This document shows, in pieces, positions 53,666-64,000 of a stretch of 64,000 nt of DNA (positions are counted from its first letter, which is position 1; each line of letters opens with the position of its first letter). The stretch is from NCBI RefSeq assembly GCF_048593235.1, contig NC_133619.1, positions 297,614,454 through 297,678,453 on the forward strand, written 5' to 3'. This DNA is from Sminthopsis crassicaudata (Eukaryota). The notes beneath the pieces were generated by a model. The model was not told the origin of the DNA, made no database searches, and worked only from the letters and a program-made list of their open reading frames with translations. A program made the translations under genes and the position numbers.

Positions 53666-55458
53666 ATTCTGTATGAAATAATAATAATAATAATGTAAGT
53701 CACTGGAAATTCTTAAAGCATTTAAAATGAATAAAAATTTTGATGATATGTAAAAACTTTCCTCATAAAGGAAGACATTCAATTTACCACCCCCAATGCC
53801 ATAATCCATAATATTTATTTTAACTTTGTTACATTGTTTTTTTCCTTGATCTGGTCTAGCCCAAATTACTTTGGAACTGACTATTTAAGATTTCCCTACA
53901 AACCTGAATCTCTAGGAAAATCCATCAAAGTACCTGAAGGATTATGGGGCTCATATGCACAAATCAACTAATTGTTTCAAAATACAGGAAGTCCTTTCTT
54001 GGAATATAAGTTACTTCTTTGCCAGCAACAAACATACTTGATATAACAGAATGTTCCATTTCCTAAAAGGCTAAATCCTTTTGGTATATTTTAAAAGGAG
54101 AGGGGTAGAGAATACTTTAACTGGTCCTATTAATAATATCTATCTTGAGATTGCTAGATTGTATTTTATAGTTCAAATTTAAATTCAACATGGAAAAGTA
54201 CATTAAATCTGTGTCAAAAGATATTTATGCAAATAATTACATGATGAAATCTGAATGAATGTGTTGAATTCATAATTCCATGTGCAAAAATAGAATGTGT
54301 TAAAATAAAGGACCATTATGGAAGTATTGTTGGTGATCTTCTTGACCATGGTAATGCATGTAATAGCATTCTGTTTGAGTGGCTATAAAAGATGCTTTTT
54401 CAGACCTTTATCTGAAAAGACCATTTGTCTTTTCATTTTTGTTCACAGATGTTCTGTTCAACTCTCCATTCCTTCCAACGCCACTCCCCATCCCACAACA
54501 CTTTTTGTATGGGGAAGGCAGGAGGGGGGAGGATAATTTGAGTCATTCTTTTCCTGAAAATTTTGGGAGTATTTATTTCAATTTTGGAAGAAATCAACAG
54601 CTTCTTAAGCTTCATTTTGAAAGCTCTGTTCTTAATAGATTCTTCTCAAGTTGTAAGTGGCCAAAGTTTAAAGAAAAATTTGCAATCTAATTGTTGTCTT
54701 TTGTTGCTATAAGCATTTCCTCTTGCTTTAATATTCTGTAAAATACTTAAAGATTATTCAATTACTAAAAAAATCTAAAGCTTTGTTGATAGAAAAATTG
54801 CTAAGTAATCTTCAAATACCTAAGACAAAGGTATCTCATTCCTTCTTCCATTTGCTGAGCAAAAGGGAATTTTCTGATTTAGCAGTCTAAAGGGAAACAC
54901 TTTTTAGATTCCATATTTTGGTGTAATCCAAAGAATGCTAAATCTGGGCAATTTAGAATGGTGATGAAGGAGAGATATTGAATGTGTATGTGTGTGAATT
55001 GTATTGTAGTTGGGAGGAGAAAAAAAATCTTAAATCAAAAAATATTTATTTAAGAGACTTGAAATATATTATGGCACATAAAATTGTGCTCTAAAGGATT
55101 CTTTTAATAGATGTGCCCTAATATGTGTCAGGGCTTTTTATTCTACATTACGTTGCCTCCAAATATCCCAGAATGAAAATAGACTCCATATGGTTCCATA
55201 ACATTACACTGAGCCCCTGAGGAGAATGGGATATCCTGACATATGTTTTGACAGTGCAGGCTAGATTATCTCTGAGCAATGGTAGGGCATTGTGTATCAA
55301 GTCTTCCAGGAATAGTATGGCACATGCTAAGTCTGAAGTTTGGCAGCAAATACAACCTGAGTTTTCATTGCCTAGAACATACTATCAATTCCAAGTAAGA
55401 ATTTTTAAGGCTACAAACTGGTAAGGTAAGAAAAAGTTGCTTCTGGAAGGCTCTAGAG

Positions 55459-55463
<5 letters not shown>

Positions 55464-55500
<37 letters not shown>
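55464..55500. repeat. A37 homopolymer
   Basis: Directly visible. Confidence 0.95.
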
Positions 55501-55501
<1 letters not shown>

Positions 55502-56299
55502 AAGAGATGATAAGGCCAATGCTTTATCCAAAGAAATTTGAACATATCAGAGTTGTCAGGAAAGTGGTTGATAACATCTCTCCCTTCTTCAAAGAAGACT
55601 CATAAACCTCAAAAAGAAAGTCTTCCATTATTAGAAAAAAAGTCTCAATTAACGAGCTGAGTGAAGACAGAGAAAAGGTTGCTGACAATCAGTGATAATT
55701 TGGGAAATCATAAACATAAATTCACATAATTTAGAATAAAAAGAATAAAGCAATAGGAAAAGCTAAATTCTTTGGCATGAATATATTGATGATCTTCCCT
55801 TAATCTCCCACATGAAGTGTGATAGAAGTTATATAAAGGTAATATTTAAGAACAAGTGCTTAATACAGCCTGAAAGATATCAATAAACTAAAAGCTTGTA
55901 TTAACCCATCTCCTACTGATAAGCTTCTGTAAATTTTATTTTAATTAGCAAATGGTATTGCTGTTCTAGTTCAAAGGCATTTACTATACTATTCAGTAAT
56001 CATTTACCAGAACCTTATTAAAGAGGGGTCTCATGATAGTGTCTTAGTTTTGCAAATGTGAAAAAAACCTGACGGGCACATTGCTCATTCAGAGTAGAAG
56101 AGGTAAAATGGTAAACATTTTCTTTCAAACTTACATATAGTATCAATTAATACTCAATGCAACTTTAAAACCCCATGTCCATACTGATGAGGAAGTCAAT
56201 GATTCAAAAATGAGTTCCTGTTTATAGATAGAATAACCTAATGATTATTCTTGAGATGATACAACACAAAAAATTTAGGTTTGAATCCATCCCAAGTTT

Positions 56300-56475
56300 T
56301 TCCACTTACTTTTTGTGAGACACTGTGTTACTTTGGTCAAGTTACTTAACCTTCTTTGCCTTATTCCCCTCATCTGTAAAATACACTGGAGAAGGAAATT
56401 GCAAATCTCTCCAGTACCATTACCAATTAAACTCCAAATGTTGTCACAGAGTGAATGAAATGGCTGAATACAAGC
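56300..56475 (+). mobile_element. MAR1-type SINE, 5' truncated
   Basis: cctcatctgtaaaatacactggagaaggaaattgcaaatctctccagta...gtcacagag...aatggctgaa. Confidence 0.7.
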
Positions 56476-59149
56476 AAAGGTTCTTTTGTGACCAGATAAT
56501 TCAAGAGACTTGGATTTGAATCCCAGACCTTGCCACTTACTATCTGATCTGAGATTGTGCTGAGTCATTTAATTTGTTTGAATCTCAGTCTCCTTATCTA
56601 TACAATGAGGAGGTAGATGATTTCTGGACTCTTATCTATGCTCAGAGGTCCATGCTAACTCTGAAGACTTGTCAAGAAAGGCAATCTGAGTTTTTATTGA
56701 TTAAAAAAAAGTGTTCAATGTTCATTCTAAGTGAGGATTTATTAAAAAACCCTCAATTCAGTATCCTCTTTTTTTTTTTTTAGGTAATAAGGATTATGTG
56801 ACTTGCTCAGATCACACAGCTAATAAATGTCAGAGATCAGATTTGAAGTCAAGTCCTCCTGACTCCTGAATAAAACATCTGTGAACAAAAATGAGAAAAC
56901 AAATAGTCTTTTCAGATAAAGGTCTGAAAAAAGCATTTCTTATAGCCACTCAAAGTTATTTAATGGGCCACTTATCAATCTAGGATCCTCTGATTCCTCT
57001 ACCACTCAAATTTAGGGCTTTCATTGTGTGCTATACAATATTCCACTGATTCATTGTTGATTGTCATTATTTTGATCACTTTTATTAAGATCATCCTTGC
57101 TGGAATGGGAAAACCCAGAATTTTAAGTCTATTATCTTCAGTTCAATGGAGAAAAAAAATCATTTTATACTGTGCTACATTCAAACTTCCATCCAGAAAA
57201 TAACATGCAAAGTCACATGTTCCATGTTAAAAGCACAGTCACTTTCAGATGTCCCATGAATATGCAAATTACAAATGGTCACACTTCACAAGTGAAAGGT
57301 TTGACCTGAAGAATTTGAACATGACTCAATGTACTATTTTCATAAGGGAAACTCTTGATTTGTAGATATTCCAAATACTTGATTTCTATATATGAAAGGT
57401 CAGAGTACAGCCCATTTATTTATTTATTTATTTGATTATTAGAGAGGGCTAGGTTGGAAAAGAATTGGAAGCCATATTTTCCACCAAGAGGTCTCTATGT
57501 AGCAACCTGTTAATAAAGTGAATTTAATTCAAAACACTTATGAATTCTTTATTATGTATGTACATATACATATATACCTATACACACATACATACACATT
57601 TATATGTGCATACACCATCACCTTCAGTTATATGGAGACAAAAAAGTCATCTTATAGTATACTAAATATTGTATGCTACAGGCTTAGAGCTCTATTCACT
57701 GTGCTACTCAACTGCCTCTCATGTTAGTATACTCTTTGTTAAAAAGGATATTTAATTTTGAATATCTTTCACATTAGTAGAGCCTAATATAGTGGTCTCT
57801 ATATACACACAAACATTATATATTTACATATATATATATGTATATATGTATGTATATGAAGGGATTTAGGAACCATTTAGTCCAATCACTTTTTACAGAT
57901 GAGAAAACTGAAACTCAGTAAGAGTATATATATTATACTATATTGCTTCTCCTCTGCTAAGCATCAGGGATTCAGAGAGAAAAATGAGTACGTTAACCAT
58001 GTGAAGAATAATGAAAAAAAGTAATATTCTACAAGAATTTCTATTAACATAGAATACATAGGCAACATCAGAATATCATTAAGTGGGACAAAACAGATTT
58101 TGTTGCATACAGTAAATTGACTTACAAAAATGAATATTTTATTTTTTTTACATGTCCCCAAAGTCTTAATGAAGTATTCATATTAATAGCTTAAAACAGT
58201 TCTAAAACTATGGGGACAACCTAGACTTATACATATCATTCATTATTTAATTAAATTTTATAATATTCATTGATAAAATTCACTTACCGGCTATCATTTT
58301 AATAGTTTTATTTTTTGAAAGAACTTAACATAACCATTCATTTTAGGATCCTTTTATGTCTTTAAATTGATTGTCCTGGGAACAAATACATATCCCATAA
58401 TAATGAAACACTTTAGTTCTGAATCAGGGCAGTGAGTTCCAAGAATCTTAGCTTTCACTGAAACACCCTAATGAGTAAAATGATAATTTATGCCCATTGG
58501 AGCTTTGAAAAGTGACCCTTATCATGGTATTATGTCCTGTGGGAAGAAGACTTTGGTGATAATTTCCTATATTTGGGACTTGACCAAAAGTCCTTGACCA
58601 AAGAATATAATTAGTAATAAGGAAACTTTCCAAAAAGATCAACCTAAATCACACACACACACCCACCCACCCACTCACCCCAAGAAATGTTATCTTAAAA
58701 CTTTCTAACATCCTTTTCTCTTTCTATTAGATCTGATAGTCTGAATTCCCTGACAGAATACAAACTCCATCAGAGACTTCTTTGCTTTTTCCTTTATATG
58801 AATCATTCCAGTTACAGATTAGGAGCTTAATAAATGCTTGTTGACTGATTGACAACTTTTAACATTCTTGCCTTTAAGATATACACTGAAGATAGTTTAA
58901 ACTGATACAAGAACAAAAGTGGGGAAGGCTAAAAATGATGAATTTGAAAAATATTCCATGCTTGGAACTGAAGCCACAGTATAATAATAAAACACAATAT
59001 GTATATATAATATGTAATAATATAAATAACATTTCTATGCCTCCCTTCTCCCAGATTCATTAAACTTTAAAGTAACATTCTTAATTAACAAATGAGAAAA
59101 CAGAATTGGAAAGAAAAAGAAATGTATGCAAGGCCACATATTAAAAAAA

Positions 59150-59445
59150 AATATTTCAGAAGTGCCAGTTTCGCCTTATTCAGAAAAATGTCATTTTAAT
59201 CTGTTGTTCAGTTGTTTTTCAGTCATGTGCAATTTTGTTGATGCCATTTGGGATTTCTTGGCATATATAACTGAAATTATGTATCATTCCTTCTCCAGCT
59301 CTTTTTATAGATGAGGAAACCGAGGCAAATAGGATTAAGTGACTTGCCCAGGGTCACACATTTAGTAAATGTCTGAGTCTGTATTTGAGTTTACCTGACT
59401 ATAGGCCTGCAGTTTTATTCAATGTGCCACCCAACTGCCTCTCAT
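59150..59445 (-). mobile_element. MAR1-type SINE
   Basis: gttgttcagttgtttttcagtcatgt...tttcttggca...atagatgaggaaaccgaggcaaataggattaagtgacttgcccagggtcacac. Confidence 0.85.
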
Positions 59446-59683
59446 TTTAGTATACTCTTCATTTAAGAAAGATGTTTAATTTTAATTTTTTTTGCATTTC
59501 TAGAATCTAATATAGCATATTTCTATGCACTGTGTTCCTGATTAATCTTAAAAATACTATGGATCAAAAATCTTATAGCATTCTTCGTAATCAGAGAGAC
59601 AGGGCTGATAGTATGAAAAATGGGACTAAAACAGGTATAGAGCTAGTGCTTGGGACATATTTTACAATGCTAATAAATGGCAG

Positions 59684-59925
59684 GGGGCAGCTAGGTGGCA
59701 CAGTGGATGGGACACTGGGTTTGGAACCAGGAAGACTCATCTTCCTGAGTTCAATCCAGCCTCAGACTTACTAGATGTGTGATCTTGACAAGTCACTAAA
59801 CATGTTTGCTCATTTTCCTCATCTGTAAAATGAATTGGAGAAGAAAATGGTAAACCACTCCAGTATCTCTGCCAAGAAAACCCCAATGGGGTCATGAAAA
59901 CACAACTGAAAAATGACTGAAAAAA
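59684..59925 (+). mobile_element. MAR1-type SINE, near full length
   Basis: ggggcagctaggtggcacagtggat...ctcatcttcctgagttcaa...ggagaagaaaatggtaaaccactccagtatctctgccaagaaaacccc...actgaaaaatgactgaa. Confidence 0.9.
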
Positions 59926-61419
59926 CAAATCACACAGAGAAAAACCAAACTATTCCACTTTTGAATGTTCTTTATCCAGCATGGAGTATTGTGTATAAAC
60001 TAGAAATAATAAACCATCAGTGGGGGAGGTGTTGTTCAACTTAATTGTGTGAACTTCATAAGAGAAGACCTTTCTGTATTATGTGAGTTAAAGTCCAAAT
60101 TAGTCAATCAATAAGCATTTATTAAGCACCTATAAAATGCCAGCCACTGTTCCAGGTACTAGGTTAACAAATAAAACAAATGAAACAACCCCACCTCTCA
60201 AGGAGGACCAGATAAATTTTAGTAATAGCTGATTTATCCAACATGGTCCAGAAATGAACAAATTTTTCATGCTAAGTAAATGAGAAATGCTTGAAATTGT
60301 CAATCCTCTCCATACTATTCTCAGAGTAAATTTCTATTACTTACTTTGACACTGATACAATGAATGTCTGGCGAGTTATATTATTCAAGAGTAAAAATTA
60401 AACTCTAATTATAATTTGAGACAAAACTCATTATGAAGGTCAAATATGCTGATATCAGTAGGACATTTCTTATCTTTAGGCAAGACTTCATCTTTTCATA
60501 TAGTTTGAAAATATTTTCCAGAAGTTCTTGTTAAAAAAAAAAAAACTTCATAAAGTGACTGAAAAGCTAAAATTACATCACTAGAACCAGAAATGAAGCA
60601 CTATTAAACTCCCATATATGAATGCCAACAAGAAGATTCCAAGTAATGAAGACTAGGACCAAGCAACATATGTCAGATTGGTACAAAAGGAACATTCCAG
60701 GTTTCTAGACACCTACTCAAAATCTGTATTGCTGCTTTTTAGGTTCTAAAAGTAGGAAGTTCATTGCTGTTTTTTCTCCAAAGTGGGCTCACATGCTTTC
60801 TTTAGAATTTTACTTAAATGTTGTTCTGCTTTCCTAACTGGAAGGTCTAAAATTAGTATTTATTTTATTTGTGAATTCATTGTACAAGTTTTAATCTGGA
60901 CAAATTATCATTTACAAAAATTTGCCAAATTCTTGGAGAATATGGAAAATGAGCTCTAGGACCTCCTTTTTTCACTTAAAGGGGATCTTTAAAAATAATA
61001 ATTCATATTCAATGTAATGCTTTAAATGTTTCCCCGAACTGCACTTAGAGGTAGATCATATTAGCCTTATTATTCCCATTTGACTAATGAAGCTTAGTGT
61101 AGAAGCAATTAAATGATTTTCCCAAGGTTAACCAGTTAGTAATAATAATATCATTTATATTTAGCAAATCAAAGTTTGTAAAGTGCTTTAATATGGCCTT
61201 TTATTTGATCTTCACAACAATCCTCTGAGTTAGATATAATTCTTATCCATAACATACAGATAAAAAATTGAGGAATAAAATAATTAAGTGACTCAAAGTC
61301 ACAATGTTCTAATGAACTTAAATCTTTTTTACTCCATGTCCATCTTCTTCCTGCCTTAATAAATATGAGAGCTACAATTAAAATTTATATTTTAAATTCT
61401 AACTTTTGTCTTTATACTT

Positions 61420-61590
61420 ATTTTTGTGTCTTTGCTTCTGTGTCTGTCTGCCTTTCTCTGCCTCTGTTCTCCATCTCTGTGTGTCTGTTTCTCTTTCCTT
61501 GTTTGTCTGTCTCTGTTTCTTTGTCTGTCTTGTTTCTGCCTATTACTCTGTCTCTGTCTCTCCATTTCTGTCTATCTCTTGCAATTTGGT
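61420..61590. repeat. (TCTG/TGTC)n low-complexity tract
   Basis: Directly visible; it explains three overlapping spurious ORFs. Confidence 0.85.
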
Positions 61591-62754
61591 GCTATGCTTC
61601 TCCTGCCTTCCCTATGTGCCTATATATGTTGATGAATTGTATAGACACCTAATCATTATTAGAGCTTAATACTTATCAGAAATCTCTAGTTCAAGAAATC
61701 CACTAGCCTCAGCTTCCTAGAACTTCATTTATAATTGTGTGATACCACTTGTTCTCTAAATATTAACACAGCTATATCAAGCAGAATCTTACACAAAAAT
61801 TACAACTAAAATTTCAAATTAACAGTTAAATAAGCTAGTTTATTTTCTGCACAATTATCAAAATTTCTTTAATTTTAAAGTATATTTTACTATTATATAT
61901 ATATACTATTATATATACATGCTGAGTGAATATCAATAAAATTTTAAAAAGGAAAAGAAATATCTATATAAAGTTCTATGCAAATGTTTTGAGAGAAAAC
62001 AGCTAAAGGATCTGGGAAGGCTTTGTGGAGGAGATGGCTCATCCTTGAAGAAAAAGAAGACATTAGCAAGGGCCATAAAGGAAATGGGCAAGAGAAGATT
62101 GAAGAATAGTAAATATGAAATATAAACAAAGATTCTGTCTATGTATGTATGTATCTATCATCTATCTGTCAATCTATCTATATCTATCTATCTCTGTCTA
62201 TCATCTCTATCATGTCTTTCTCTCTATCTTTAATAGAAAGATTTCACCTTCTCAGTGAAATTCAATTGCTAAAAGCATAAGATTGAGGTAAAATGGATTA
62301 AAGGAGGAAAAATAAATTGGTGCAAAGTATAATAGGTTTAAGCAACCTTAGAAAGTGTGGGTGTGTTAGTGCTCTCATTTTTGTGCCTCAGAGATCCAAG
62401 ACAATTTTAACTGTATCATTTTATACATTCCTCCTCCCCAGTACATCTTTCAGAACACCTGCTCATTTAGTTTAGTAGCAATACCATGCATTTGCCTTAG
62501 CTTAATAAAAATATTAATGTGCCTGTTGGTATTCCCTAAGTACCAGTAAAAGAAGGTAGGAAACTGGAAAGAAATCAGCTCAAGTTTAGTGTCTCATAAA
62601 AAGTAAGTATAAGAACAAATATTTCTTAATGAGTCAAGACAAATCCATCTTTTAAACATTTGGAATAACAATAATAACCACAACAAATTCTTCCTCCTTC
62701 CCCCCTCCCCTTCCCCTTTTATAACTTTAGAATAGTAAGAGGAAGCACTCTTCT

Positions 62755-62995
62755 GTCAACTAATTGGCACAGTGAATGGAGTGCTAGGCTTATCAAGAAG
62801 ACTTATCTTCCTGAATTCAAATTGGCCTCAGACACTTAGCAGCTATGCGACTCTGGGCAAGTCATTTAACCCTATTTTCCTCATCTCTAAAATGAGCTGG
62901 AGAAGAAAATAGCAAATTACTCCAGTATCTTTGCCAAGAAAATCTTAACAGGGGTCACAAAGAATTGGACATAACCAAAAATAACTGAACAATGT
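62755..62995 (+). mobile_element. MAR1-type SINE
   Basis: ggcacagtgaatggagtgc...cttcctgaattcaaattggcctcagacactt...gagctggagaagaaaatagcaaattactccagtatctttgccaagaaa. Confidence 0.88.
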
Positions 62996-63079
62996 ATCAC
63001 TTTAAAAATATATTCAGATGTCTCCAATCCTGCAGATATCTTTACTTGACCATTTTACCCAGTTTGGCTCCCATGTCTC

Positions 63080-63500
63080 TGTTATTCTCACCATTCAACT
63101 TCTTGAAAAGAGTTAACTCTTTCTGATGTCTTCTATTCTTCAGCAATTACTCTGTTCTAAATATGGCCTTTCTCTTTCAACGCTTTTTTTTTTCAACTGT
63201 TCAGAAAATGCTCTTGAAGGTCATTGATGACTTCTTTACAAATCCAAAGAATTTTTTTTCAATTCTTCTTGTCTTTGAACTCTAGACAGTACTTGACAAG
63301 GTTGATCGTTTCTCTCATATTCCTTTCTTCTTTTATTTTAGAGAAAATATATCCCCTGGTTTCCTCGCATTTTAAGTGATTCCTCTGTCTCCTTAACCAT
63401 TCCTTTCAGTCTTTAATAAAGGCTTCCCCTACCGTAATTTCAGTCTGTCACCCTATTCTCTTCATTCATCATCATAATTTCAGCCAAATCTCTGTCTGCA
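63080..63500 (+). mobile_element. L2 reverse-transcriptase remnant
   Basis: Degraded matches to RT motifs TETALLKVTNDL (gaaaatgctcttgaaggtcattgatgacttc) and LDLSAAFDTVDH (tgaactctagacagtacttgacaaggttgatc). Confidence 0.6.
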
Positions 63501-64000
63501 ACCCATTACAATACAGCAACTATATATTATACATCTACTAGTTTCTCTGCTTGCTTTAGAGACAATAATCAAATGTTCCTACCCTGAAGCTCATATTGTA
63601 GTGGAAGAATATTATATTAAAATGCAAAAATATACACAATAATCTAAGGAAAGGGAAAACACTAACAAATAATATCAGGAGAGTCTTTCCTTAAGAGTTA
63701 CCCATGAAATACTACTTAAAAAGTGGGTTTTCTAATTAATCTAAGTGAGGAAGGAGGTACTTTCATGCATGAGGGACAGTCTATGCAAAAGTATGGAAGT
63801 GGGAGATGAAATTACACAATTGCAAGTAGATCAGTTTGTCCAGATTATAGGCTGATAGTCTTTCACTTTCCTGTAAACTTTGTTCTTATATTTCAAACTT
63901 CCTGTAACATATCTCTATTGGTAGAATATTCCAAAATTTATAATGTAACATATTATAATATATATATATATTCTTTATTAATATATTATATTATATTAAT

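Noticed and set aside
55147-55380. About 78-codon stop-free minus-strand frame (GNENSGCICCQTSD…)
   Set aside because: No recognisable protein similarity, weak acceptor, and a length comparable to many chance ORFs in this window.
54374-56954. Inverted repeat as terminal inverted repeats of a DNA transposon
   Set aside because: No target-site duplication at the outer ends and no transposase remnant; the interior is ordinary intron with SINEs. Kept only as an inverted duplication.
61365-61669. Three overlapping Leu/Ser/Cys/Val-rich ORFs, and likewise 5627..5833, 10004..10279, 12818..13125, 20555..20868
   Set aside because: They are produced by simple-sequence repeats.

Overview
This is vertebrate genomic DNA, AT-rich and CpG-depleted, with two assembly gaps. 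The SINE content (MAR1-type CORE-SINEs with RTE/BovB-like tails, WSINE1-type short SINEs, plus L2, L3/CR1 and L1 relics) points to a marsupial, probably Australian; the species is an inference. The whole window lies inside one minus-strand gene, CNKSR2 (CNK2/MAGUIN scaffold). Seven consecutive coding exons were recovered with GT-AG boundaries (about human exons 14-20, numbering from memory). They encode the basic linker, the PH domain and the Ser/Pro-rich and acidic region. Neither the upstream exons nor the final exons encoding the ...ETHV PDZ-binding end were found, so they are presumably outside the window. No prokaryote-type system, RNA gene or second gene is supported. Best leads: (1) a frame-breaking C-run in exon 19, probably an assembly error; (2) a candidate alternative terminal exon with a 3'UTR-like tract and poly(A) signal; (3) a candidate poison exon with a hairpin and a GCAUG cluster; (4) an atypical GUUAAGU 5' splice site; (5) an 80-bp, about 93% identical intronic inverted repeat 2.4 kb apart; (6) a possible 12-nt microexon. 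Repeat boundaries are approximate and family names were assigned by eye.
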